NCBI GenBank assembly: GCA_021162655.1
Contig: JAGGYI010000138.1
Span: forward strand, 1-56,047
DNA: 56,047 nt
Source: Anaerolineae bacterium
GTDB lineage: Bacteria > Chloroflexota > Anaerolineae > UBA1429
Reading direction: 5' to 3'
Every line of letters begins with the position of its first letter. Positions within the stretch are counted from its first letter, which is position 1. Below the pieces are notes generated by a model. It saw only the letters and a program-made list of their open reading frames with translations. It made no database searches and was not told the DNA's origin. Made by a program: the position numbers and the translations under genes. Below, one piece after another: positions 28,454-36,902 of the stretch.

Positions 28454-29549
28454 GACCTTTTTCTCACCCTCAAGCGAAATCGTCCGCCGGCGCCTCCTCC
28501 CCATCCCAGGGGAGGTGCTGGTACACGTAGGGGATCGAGTTCAAGCAGATGACATCGTCGCCAAAACAAAGCTCCCAGGAGGGCTTCATGTCATCGACCT
28601 TGCCCAAGCCCTCAAAGTAAGCGTCCACAAAGTGCGCCGCTACGTCTGCGTCCAAGAGGGTCAAGAGATCGCCAAAGGCGACCTCCTCGCGGCTATCCGC
28701 TACTTGGGCCTCACCCGACGAGCAGTCAGGGCCCCCTTTGCCGGCACAGTGCAAAGGGTGGATGAAGGTTATCTCTTTTTGCGCCGGCACCCGCAAAACT
28801 ATCTGCTCCGAGCTTACCTCCCTGGACGGGTCATCGAAGAATATCCCCACCAGGGGGTCGCCATTCGTACTATCGGAGCCCTCATCCGAGGTATCTGGGG
28901 AAGCGGTGGCGAAACCCAGGGCATCCTTGTCACCATGGTCGATGGTCCAAACAAGCCGCTTACCTGGCGCCAGGTGAGCCTACGCTACCGAGGCACCATC
29001 CTAGTGGGAGGCACCTTGGCAGATCCACGAGTGCTCTTGCGTGCGCGGCAGTTTCATCTTCACGGACTCGTCCTGGGGAGCATCGCGCCTCAACTGCGCT
29101 CTCTGTGTGAGCGCATCTCCCTTCCCGTCATCGTCACCGAAGGAATGGGATACATTCCCATGGCTGAACCCATCTTTGCGCTGCTTCGCTCCCTCCACGG
29201 GCACATCGCTGTTCTCTCAGGCAGAGGGGAAGGGCAAGACAATGGCCCAGAGCTCATCATCCCCCTGCCCTCCCAGGAAGCCAGCGAAGAAAAAAGCCCC
29301 GCCTGGGAGAAGGGAGTTCTCGTGCGCATCACCCGGCCGCCCTTCCTTGGCTTGGTGGGAGAGATCGTCTCCCTACCTCCAGCACCGCAGGAGACGAGCA
29401 TCGGTATCGAGGCTGAGGGAGCGGAGGTACGCCTCCCCGATGGGCGAAGATTGTTCGTACCCTTTGTCAACCTGGAGCTCTTGGGCAAAGCGCCTTCCCA
29501 AGAGAAATCTCCCCCGCCCTCTCCCACAAACACCTCGGCGGATAGGTAA
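28431..29549 (+). CDS. hypothetical protein with N-terminal barrel-sandwich-hybrid (lipoyl/HlyD-like) fold signature (operon member 8)
   Basis: The ATG has AGGGAG 8 nt upstream and overlaps the previous gene by 23 nt. Segments GEVLVHVGDRVQADDIVAK..VQEGQEIAKGDLLAA..VRAPFAGTVQRVD resemble biotinyl/lipoyl-like hybrid motifs. No attachment lysine motif was recognised. Confidence 0.45.
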   Translation: MTTTAPRETFFSPSSEIVRRRLLPIPGEVLVHVGDRVQADDIVAKTKLPGGLHVIDLAQALKVSVHKVRRYVCVQEGQEIAKGDLLAAIRYLGLTRRAVRAPFAGTVQRVDEGYLFLRRHPQNYLLRAYLPGRVIEEYPHQGVAIRTIGALIRGIWGSGGETQGILVTMVDGPNKPLTWRQVSLRYRGTILVGGTLADPRVLLRARQFHLHGLVLGSIAPQLRSLCERISLPVIVTEGMGYIPMAEPIFALLRSLHGHIAVLSGRGEGQDNGPELIIPLPSQEASEEKSPAWEKGVLVRITRPPFLGLVGEIVSLPPAPQETSIGIEAEGAEVRLPDGRRLFVPFVNLELLGKAPSQEKSPPPSPTNTSADR

Positions 29550-29589
29550 AGGGGACACCCCTTCCCCATTTGGCACCCCTTTTTGTCGG

Positions 29590-29598
29590 TGATATAAT
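29590..29598 (+). promoter_or_regulatory. extended -10 element upstream of gatC
   Basis: TGATATAAT (TGn + TATAAT) lies 40 nt upstream of the gatC ATG. No good -35 hexamer. Confidence 0.3.
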
Positions 29599-29637
29599 GC
29601 CCTTGCCCATGCCAGGGTAGAGGAGGTATCTCTGCAA

Positions 29638-29925
29638 ATGAAGTTGAGTAGAGATCAAGTATTACACATCGCTGAGCTGGCCAAGCTGGCCCTCAGTGAA
29701 GAGGAAATCGAGCTCTTTACCGAACAGCTCTCTGAGATCCTCGCCTATTTCGAAAAATTGAACCGCCTAGATACGAGCGCTATTCCCCCAACGGCTCAAG
29801 TTATCGATATGCGAAACGTCACCCGTCCTGATGAGGTACGTCCCTCCCTCTCGCCTGAGGAGGCTTTGGCCAACGCCCCCCAACGCAAAGGGAACTTTTT
29901 CAAGGTCAAGCCTATCCTCGAGTGA
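29638..29925 (+). CDS. gatC: Asp-tRNA(Asn)/Glu-tRNA(Gln) amidotransferase subunit C
   Basis: 95 aa. MKLSRDQVLHIAELAKLALSEEEIELFTEQLSEILAYFEKLNRLDT.. is a canonical GatC. Confidence 0.9.
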   Translation: MKLSRDQVLHIAELAKLALSEEEIELFTEQLSEILAYFEKLNRLDTSAIPPTAQVIDMRNVTRPDEVRPSLSPEEALANAPQRKGNFFKVKPILE

Positions 29926-29970
29926 GCACCCAAGGACGGATTGTAACGCAAAACACGGGAGGCAAGAGAC

Positions 29971-31425
29971 TTGGAACTATATGAGCTCACCATTGCCCAG
30001 GCTCACGAACTTTTGCAGAAAAGAGAGATCTCTTCTGTTGAGCTGACACGATCGGTGCTTCAGCGCATCGAGACGGTAGAGACCAAAATCAAAGCTTACC
30101 TCCGAATCACCCCTGAGGAAGCCCTAGCGCAAGCCGAGAAGGCCGACCAGCGACGGGCCCAAGGCGAGGACAATCCTCTCTTGGGCATCCCTTTGGCCAT
30201 TAAGGATGTGCTCTGCACCAAAGGAGTAGAGACCACCTGTGGCTCACGCATTCTCCAAGGGTTCGTCCCCCCCTTTGACGCCACTGTGGTTGCCAAGCTC
30301 CGCGAGCTAGGCAGTGTCCTCCTGGGGAAGACAAACACTGACGAGTTCGCCATGGGCTCTTCCACCGAAAACTCGGGCTTTTTCACCACCCACAACCCAT
30401 GGAACCTGGAACATGTCCCCGGAGGCTCTAGTGGAGGCAGCGCGGCCGCCGTTGCAGCCGATGAATGCCTCGGTGCCCTGGGAACCGATACAGGAGGAAG
30501 CATTCGGCAACCAGCAGCCTTTTGCGGCATCGCTGGGCTCAAGCCTACCTATGGGCGCGTCTCGCGATATGGGCTGGTGGCCTTTGCCTCCTCACTAGAT
30601 CAAGCTGGCCCTCTCTGCAAAGATGTAAAGGACTGCGCTATTCTGCTCCAGGCCATCGCTGGGCACGATCCCAAAGATTCCACTTCGGCCAACTTATCTG
30701 TACCTAACTTTGTGGAAGCCCTTCAGCCAGACGTTAAAGGAATGCGCTTGGGCGTGCCCAAGGAATACTTTACCGAGGGCATAGACGCTAAGGTGGCAGA
30801 AGCGGTACATGCGGCTCTCGACGTCTGGGCAGAGCTAGGCGCAGAGATCGTCGAAGTTTCCTTGCCTCACACCGAGTACGCCCTCCCTGTGTACTATATC
30901 ATCGCCCCAGCAGAGGCTTCAGCCAACCTGGCTCGCTATGATGGCGTGCGCTATGGCTATTCCTACCCAGAAGCAAAGGACATCTGGGACGCCTATCGCA
31001 AGACGAGAGAAATTGGCTTTGGCGCCGAGGTAAAGCGTCGCATCATGCTGGGCACCTATGCTCTCTCGGCCGGGTATTACGATGCCTATTATCTCAAGGC
31101 CCAAAAGGTACGCACCCTCATCAAAGAGGATTTCGATCGGGCTTACCAGCAATGCGATGCCATCATCGCCCCTACAACTCCCATGCCAGCCTTTCGCATT
31201 GGCGAGCGGGTTGACGATCCATTACAAATGTACCTTGGAGATATCTTTACCCTCTCCCTCAACCTGGCGGGGGTATGCGGCATTTCCATCCCCTGTGGCT
31301 TTGCCGATGGGCTGCCCGTTGGGGTACAGATCCTCGGAGATGCCTATGATGAAACCACCATTTTACGCGTAGCCTACGCCTATGAACAGGCCACCGAGTG
31401 GCATCTACAAAAGCCCCCGCTCTGA
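29971..31425 (+). CDS. gatA: Asp-tRNA(Asn)/Glu-tRNA(Gln) amidotransferase subunit A
   Basis: Amidase signature [32 protein letters not shown] start with GGGAGG 8 nt upstream. Confidence 0.95.
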   Translation: MELYELTIAQAHELLQKREISSVELTRSVLQRIETVETKIKAYLRITPEEALAQAEKADQRRAQGEDNPLLGIPLAIKDVLCTKGVETTCGSRILQGFVPPFDATVVAKLRELGSVLLGKTNTDEFAMGSSTENSGFFTTHNPWNLEHVPGGSSGGSAAAVAADECLGALGTDTGGSIRQPAAFCGIAGLKPTYGRVSRYGLVAFASSLDQAGPLCKDVKDCAILLQAIAGHDPKDSTSANLSVPNFVEALQPDVKGMRLGVPKEYFTEGIDAKVAEAVHAALDVWAELGAEIVEVSLPHTEYALPVYYIIAPAEASANLARYDGVRYGYSYPEAKDIWDAYRKTREIGFGAEVKRRIMLGTYALSAGYYDAYYLKAQKVRTLIKEDFDRAYQQCDAIIAPTTPMPAFRIGERVDDPLQMYLGDIFTLSLNLAGVCGISIPCGFADGLPVGVQILGDAYDETTILRVAYAYEQATEWHLQKPPL

Positions 31426-31485
31426 GCGGGGCATTGGTTCTCCGCTCCCATCCTGGGCGGCCACATCGAAAGGGAGGTCCATAAA

Positions 31486-32499
31486 ATGACTATGAAAGTC
31501 ATCTTGCCCTTGGCCGGGCTCGGCAGAAGGATGCGTCCCCATACGTGGTCCAAACCCAAGCCCCTGCTGAACGTTGCTGGCAAGCCCGTTCTCGCCCATG
31601 TGCTAGACAAGCTTTCCCCCTTAGAGATCGAAGAGGTCATCTTTATCATCGGCTGGCTAGGCGACCAGATCAAAGAATATGTCTCGGCCAACTATGACTT
31701 TGCAGCCCGCTACATCGTCCAGGAGGAACTCAAAGGGCAAGCCCATGCTATCTATCTGGCCAAGGAGCACCTCGATGGCCCCTGTCTGATTATCTTTGTA
31801 GACACCCTCTTTGAGGCAAACATCACCAACCTCGAAGAGCGCCCCGAAGATGTGCTCCTCTATGTCCAAGAAGTAAAAGACCCTCGTCGCTTTGGGGTGG
31901 TAGTGGAAAAAGAGGGGCGAGTGGTCCAGCTCATCGAAAAGCCCTCAGGCTTTGAGCACCGTAAAGCCATCGTTGGCGTCTACTATATCCGCGAGGGGAA
32001 AGAGCTGGTCAAAGCCATCGAATATCTCCTCGAACACGACATTCGCACCAAGGGAGAATATTACCTCACCGATGCTCTCCAGGTAATGATCGAGCGAGGG
32101 GCCTTTGTGGGCACTGAGCCGGTCTCCGTCTGGGAGGATTGTGGCAAGCCCGAGACAGTGCTCCACACGAACCGCTACCTCCTTGAACATGGCCACGCCC
32201 ACAGTAGAGAGCTTGAAGGCAGTACCATCATACCCCCCGTATACATTGCCGAAACGGCCAAGGTCGAGAGTTCCATCATTGGTCCCTATGCCACTGTTTG
32301 CGAAGGTGTGCATCTCAAGGGCGCCATCGTTCGAGATACAATCATCGAGGAGGATTCGAGAATAGAGAACGCCCTCCTCGAACACTCTTTGATCGGGCGC
32401 CGGGTGACCATCAGGGGTTTTTCTGGCCAATTGAATGTCGGAGACGATTGCACAATAGAGCTCAACGAAGAGAATCGATCAAAGGAGCCCAGAGAATGA
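31486..32499 (+). CDS. sugar-phosphate nucleotidyltransferase with C-terminal left-handed beta-helix (long RmlA/GlmU-like form)
   Basis: MKVILPLAGLGRRMRPHTWSKPKPLLNVAGKP signature. C-terminal hexapeptide-like repeats. GGGAGG RBS. Confidence 0.8.
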   Translation: MTMKVILPLAGLGRRMRPHTWSKPKPLLNVAGKPVLAHVLDKLSPLEIEEVIFIIGWLGDQIKEYVSANYDFAARYIVQEELKGQAHAIYLAKEHLDGPCLIIFVDTLFEANITNLEERPEDVLLYVQEVKDPRRFGVVVEKEGRVVQLIEKPSGFEHRKAIVGVYYIREGKELVKAIEYLLEHDIRTKGEYYLTDALQVMIERGAFVGTEPVSVWEDCGKPETVLHTNRYLLEHGHAHSRELEGSTIIPPVYIAETAKVESSIIGPYATVCEGVHLKGAIVRDTIIEEDSRIENALLEHSLIGRRVTIRGFSGQLNVGDDCTIELNEENRSKEPRE

Positions 32500-33614
32500 T
32501 TATTGGAGTACCCAAGGAAATCAAGGATAAGGAATATCGCGTCTCCCTGACGCCTGGCGGGGCCGAGTCCCTCGTCCACGCTGGGCATCAGGTCCTCGTA
32601 CAAAGTGGCGCTGGTGTGGGGAGTGGTTTCACAGACGAACAATACGAGCAGAGCGGCGCGCAGATCATAGGGACAGCAGAGGAAGTCTATGCCGCCGCGG
32701 AGATGATCCTCAAGGTGAAGGAGCCCCTTCCAGAGGAATACCGCTTCCTTCGGCCAGGGCTGCTCATCTTTACCTATTTGCACTTGGCCGCAAACCAGGA
32801 GCTCACTCAAACGCTCATCGAAAAAAACGTCACCGCCATCGCTTACGAGACTGTTCAGCGAGAGGATGGTTCCTTGCCCCTCCTGACCCCGATGAGCGAG
32901 ATCGCTGGCCGAATGACGGTACAGATCGGAGCCCACTACTTGGAAGAAACCCAAGGGGGTAGAGGGATCCTCCTTGGAGGTGTTCCAGGGGTACGTTCTG
33001 GTAGCGTGGTCATCATCGGTGGGGGGACAGTGGGCACCAACGCGGCCCAGGTTGCCCTGGGGCTGGGCGCGCGCGTTACCGTGATCGACATCAACCTGGA
33101 TCGTCTACGCTACTTGGATCAGGTGATGCATGGCAGCCTGAACACCATCGCCTCAAATCGGCGCAACATCGCCGAAGCGGTACGCCGAGCGGAGCTAGTT
33201 ATCGGCGCTGTGCTCGTTCCTGGGGCCAAGGCTCCTGTACTTGTTAATGAAGAGATGATCGCCTCTATGGCCCCTGGCTCGGTAGTCATCGACGTCGCCG
33301 TAGATCAGGGCGGCTGCATCGAAACGATCCGCCCCACCTCACACAGCCACCCCACCTACACCGTTCATGGGGTTATCCATTACGCCGTGCCCAACATCCC
33401 AGGGGCCGTGCCCCGTACCGCCACCTACGCGCTCTCAAATGCCACCCTGCCCTATGTGCTCAAGTTGGCAGACCTAGGCTTTGAAAGAGCTATCGCTCAG
33501 GACGCCAGCTTGCGCCGAGGAGTGAACGTCTTTGATGGGAAGGTCACCCATCCGGCGGTAGCCAATGCCTTTGAGATGGACTATACCCCCATAGAAAAAT
33601 TGCTCGCCTCCTGA
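32496..33614 (+). CDS. ald: alanine dehydrogenase
   Basis: ORF-track entry trimmed to ATG 32496 (ATGA overlap with the previous stop). MIIGVPKEIKDKEYRVSLTPGG.., NAD-binding motif VVIIGGGTVG. Confidence 0.93.
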   Translation: MIIGVPKEIKDKEYRVSLTPGGAESLVHAGHQVLVQSGAGVGSGFTDEQYEQSGAQIIGTAEEVYAAAEMILKVKEPLPEEYRFLRPGLLIFTYLHLAANQELTQTLIEKNVTAIAYETVQREDGSLPLLTPMSEIAGRMTVQIGAHYLEETQGGRGILLGGVPGVRSGSVVIIGGGTVGTNAAQVALGLGARVTVIDINLDRLRYLDQVMHGSLNTIASNRRNIAEAVRRAELVIGAVLVPGAKAPVLVNEEMIASMAPGSVVIDVAVDQGGCIETIRPTSHSHPTYTVHGVIHYAVPNIPGAVPRTATYALSNATLPYVLKLADLGFERAIAQDASLRRGVNVFDGKVTHPAVANAFEMDYTPIEKLLAS

Positions 33615-33636
33615 CGAGGTAGAAGGGAGCCTCTAG

Positions 33637-34365
33637 ATGTCTCGCTCTTGCCGCCGTGGGCTCGCCATACTGGGCCTGATTCTGGTTTGGATAGCCATCT
33701 CGGCCTGCTCCTGCAGCAGCCTCTTTAGCAAGGCACCCAGCAAGCCTCCCCAGGGAGCGCGCGCTCAGAGAGTGCCTGGAGAGAACGTGAACCGCCCCAC
33801 TGCGAACTTGCCTGTGAGGCCAAGTCCTCCAAGCACCGCAAAAATAGCAGCCACCGCTGTCAAAGCCGCGGCCACTGCTATCCCCCAGGCCTCTGCGGCT
33901 GCCACAACGCTCTCCAGCGCCAAAGATTTGGACAAGTTCCTCAAGCAGGCCACTGCCGGGCAGAGCTTCTCAGTGGAGATCTCGGAGGAACAGCTGAACA
34001 CTTTTCTTGCTGGCAAAACATTCGAACAGGAAGGAGTCAAGATCGAGGACATCCGCATCACCTTAGGGAATGGGGAGATAACCCTCCATCTCAAAGCAAC
34101 CTCCTCCGAGATGAATCTTAGCTTGGGGCTGACAGTGCGCGGCATCCCCAAGGCAATAGATGGACAAGCCTATCTGCGCATCACAGACGTCGAGCTAGAT
34201 TCCTCTGTCAGTGGTTTTAACAAGCTCGTCGCCAAGGGGGCCATCGACAAACTCGTTGAAGAATACTCCACCTCTCAGGGGGTCCCTCTTCCCAGCGAGA
34301 ACATCTACTATGAGGAAATCCGCGTCACCCCCGGCAAGCTCTACATCAAAGGACACGTCCGTTAA
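33637..34365 (+). CDS. putative lipoprotein / secreted protein, unknown function
   Basis: Signal peptide with a lipobox-like ISAC (MSRSCRRGLAILGLILVWIAISACSC). Ala-rich linker followed by a ~130-aa domain. Confidence 0.55.
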   Translation: MSRSCRRGLAILGLILVWIAISACSCSSLFSKAPSKPPQGARAQRVPGENVNRPTANLPVRPSPPSTAKIAATAVKAAATAIPQASAAATTLSSAKDLDKFLKQATAGQSFSVEISEEQLNTFLAGKTFEQEGVKIEDIRITLGNGEITLHLKATSSEMNLSLGLTVRGIPKAIDGQAYLRITDVELDSSVSGFNKLVAKGAIDKLVEEYSTSQGVPLPSENIYYEEIRVTPGKLYIKGHVR

Positions 34366-35873
34366 CCACTATATCCCAACGCTCGCAAGCCTTGTAGTAT
34401 GGCCTCGTGATCGCTCCAGGGATGCTCAACTGTGCCAAAACACATCGAGCGCTCATGCCCCTTGCCAGTGACGATGACCACGTCCCCTGGCTGTGCCATG
34501 CTCAGAGCTTGGGCAATGGCCTCCGCTCGGTCGGGCACTCGCCAAAAGTCCTGGCCTTCTTGGCAGCCTGCCTGAAGGCACCCCTGGGCAATCTCCTCAA
34601 TGATCTGCTCCAAAGGCTCGGTGCGGGGATCCTCGGCAGTGATAAAGACGCGATCTGCCAACTGCCCAGCAATCCGCCCCATCCAAGGGCGTTTGGCTCG
34701 GTCGCGCAGGCCAGCACAGCCAAAGACGACGCTCACCTTTCCTTGGGCAAGCTGACGCGCGGTGCGTAGGGCGTTCTCCAAAGCGTTTGGGGTGTGAGCA
34801 AAATCTACGATCACAGTGAAGGGCTGGCCCCGATCGATGCGCTCCATCCTCCCCGGCACTCCTCTCATCGCAGAAATTCCCTGCCGGATGGCCTCCATGG
34901 GCAGCTCCAAGGCATAACCCACACTCACTGCCGCCAGAATGTTGTAAACGTTATAACGTCCTATCAAAGGAGAGAAGAGGGATAGTATCCGGCCACCCAG
35001 AGAAACGACCAGGCTCAGCCCTGAAGGCCCTTCCTGAATCTCTTCGGGCCGTACCTGGGCAGTGCGCCGCAATCCATAAGAGATGTATAGATCGGCCGGG
35101 AAAGCGCGCAAATAATCATAAGAGGGGTCATCGGCATTGAGCACCGCCACTTTTTTCATCCCCGGCTTGCACAACGAACGGCCCAGAGCGCGAAAAAGCA
35201 GCCCCTTGGCCTCTCGGTAGGCTTCATAGGTCTTGTGGTAATCTAGATGCTCGTGGGTAATGTTGGTGATTACCGCCACGTCAAATTCGCAGGCAGCCAC
35301 ACGATGCTGGGCCAACCCGTGGGAAGTCGTCTCCAACACGGCATACTCCATCCCCCGAGAGACCATCTCTGCCAAATAAGCCTGCACCTCGGGAGCATCG
35401 GGAGTGGTAGTGTGAAAGCCAGTGGGCACCTCTTGCCCACCAATGAACGCGCTCACCGAATCCACCGAGCCAGTGGCATGCCCTGCAGCCCGCAAAATCG
35501 CCGAGATGAGCCGCACAGTAGTCGTTTTGCCATCGGTGCCCGTCACCCCGATGACCCTGAGCTGACGCGCTGGAAACCCCTGAAGCGCTGCATGGAGGTA
35601 AGCAAAGGCCTCTCGTGAATTCGGCACCAACACCGTTGGGGTTCCCGTCAACTCTGGCAAAAGGCGCTCAACGACACAAGCCACCGCCCCCGCCTGAAGG
35701 GCATCCCCAACAAAGCGATGCCCATCCACCGAAACCCCAGAGATAGCCACGAAAAGATCCCCAGGTGCCACCTGGCGAGAATCACAAACGACGTGCTCTA
35801 TCTGCACCGGCCGCCAATGGAGCCGCTCCGCCTTGGGCAACGCATCGACTAGCTCATCCAGAGAAACCACCAT
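34362..35873 (-). CDS. murE: UDP-N-acetylmuramoyl-L-alanyl-D-glutamate--diamino-acid ligase
   Basis: Mur ligase P-loop GVTGTDGKTTT. Full three-domain length. The position of the DNPR specificity motif reads EDPR (Arg retained), so diamino-acid specificity is not resolved. Confidence 0.9.
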   Translation of the reverse strand: MVVSLDELVDALPKAERLHWRPVQIEHVVCDSRQVAPGDLFVAISGVSVDGHRFVGDALQAGAVACVVERLLPELTGTPTVLVPNSREAFAYLHAALQGFPARQLRVIGVTGTDGKTTTVRLISAILRAAGHATGSVDSVSAFIGGQEVPTGFHTTTPDAPEVQAYLAEMVSRGMEYAVLETTSHGLAQHRVAACEFDVAVITNITHEHLDYHKTYEAYREAKGLLFRALGRSLCKPGMKKVAVLNADDPSYDYLRAFPADLYISYGLRRTAQVRPEEIQEGPSGLSLVVSLGGRILSLFSPLIGRYNVYNILAAVSVGYALELPMEAIRQGISAMRGVPGRMERIDRGQPFTVIVDFAHTPNALENALRTARQLAQGKVSVVFGCAGLRDRAKRPWMGRIAGQLADRVFITAEDPRTEPLEQIIEEIAQGCLQAGCQEGQDFWRVPDRAEAIAQALSMAQPGDVVIVTGKGHERSMCFGTVEHPWSDHEAILQGLRALGYSG

Positions 35874-35930
35874 ACCCCTCTCCCTTTTGCCTGTTCCCTC
35901 TCAACTCTACCCAGGAGCCTCCCAGGCGTC

Positions 35931-35962
35931 AAAAAAGGCCCCGCGCCTTTGCATGCGGGGCC
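35931..35962 (-). terminator. rho-independent terminator ending the hydrogenase gene string
   Basis: On the minus transcript: GGCCCCGC, 10-nt loop, GCGGGGCC, then UUUUUU (plus A6 at 35931..35936). It lies 24 nt downstream of the polyferredoxin stop. Confidence 0.8.
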
Positions 35963-35985
35963 TCTATGGAGACAATGAAAGAACT

Positions 35986-36885
35986 TTATTCCTCTGCTCC
36001 CATCAGGAGACGGTCAAGCACTGCCTTGCGCCGCTTCTGCTGAGCCTTGACATCATATTCGCGAACCACTTCGCGGAAGGAGACCAACTTTTCCAATGCC
36101 TTAGCCCAAGCCCCCGATTCAATCGGCGTGTGCACAAAGCCCGTGCGCACAATGCGAATGGCTCCCTCCACCGGGCAGACCCGCTCGCAAGCCCCACAGA
36201 AAAGGCAGAAGCGCTTATCCACCGCCACCTTCTGGCCATCATACGTAATGGCATTGGTAGGACAAGCATCGACGCAAGCCTGGCAGCCCTCTGGGCAGAG
36301 AGAGGTGTCCAGAAAAACTCGGCCTTTGTAGGGCTTGGTTACTGTAAAGGCTCCCTCTGGCCCTTCTTCCATACAGCGAGTACAGTTCACGCAAAGGCCT
36401 TTATCCACCTGCACGTTCTTGACTGCCACCACCTGGCCCTGAGCATCTCGCTCAATATCGGCGCTGATCGCCCCCACTGGGCAATTCTCGATATAAGAAA
36501 TATCTGTAGTAGCCTCGCAGGCCTCTTCATCCACTTTATTAACCCGAATGAGCATGGGGAAGGCCTCTCCCTTGATCACCGGGATCTCGGGTTGCCCATT
36601 GATCATCATCGAAAGGGCATGCATGGGGCAGGTTACCACGCATTCTCCACAGAAGCTGCATTTCTCCTCATCGATATCCACACGTGGCTTGGCCACCAAG
36701 CGCCCCTCCTCGACCACCGGTTCCGAGAGCGTGATGGCCTCGTGGGGGCACACTATGGCACACGTGCCACAGCCACAACACCTCTCATGATCAACCGACA
36801 ACTCGTAGCGCCGGGTGATCATGGGCCGCAAAAGGGTCAAGGTCGTGGCCGTCTCTCGCTTGATGGTTTTTCCTCTTGTAGGCAT
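35986..36885 (-). CDS. polyferredoxin-like iron-sulfur protein (MvhB-like)
   Basis: Four canonical CxxCxxCxxxCP motifs (CCGCGTCAIVCP, CSFCGECVVTCP, CPEGCQACVDACP, CLFCGACERVCP) plus two degenerate ones. Starts 17 nt after the hydrogenase large-subunit stop. Confidence 0.8.
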   Translation of the reverse strand: MPTRGKTIKRETATTLTLLRPMITRRYELSVDHERCCGCGTCAIVCPHEAITLSEPVVEEGRLVAKPRVDIDEEKCSFCGECVVTCPMHALSMMINGQPEIPVIKGEAFPMLIRVNKVDEEACEATTDISYIENCPVGAISADIERDAQGQVVAVKNVQVDKGLCVNCTRCMEEGPEGAFTVTKPYKGRVFLDTSLCPEGCQACVDACPTNAITYDGQKVAVDKRFCLFCGACERVCPVEGAIRIVRTGFVHTPIESGAWAKALEKLVSFREVVREYDVKAQQKRRKAVLDRLLMGAEE

Positions 36886-36902
36886 CTTCTCACCCTTTCA
36901 CC

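Noticed and set aside
29550-29590. A terminator after the eight-gene operon (GGGG..CCCC segments followed by TTTTT).
   Set aside because: Only 4-6 bp stems with awkward loops can be drawn by eye (AAGGGG-ACA-CCCCTT, which is not followed by a U-tract). This is too weak to annotate without folding energy calculation.
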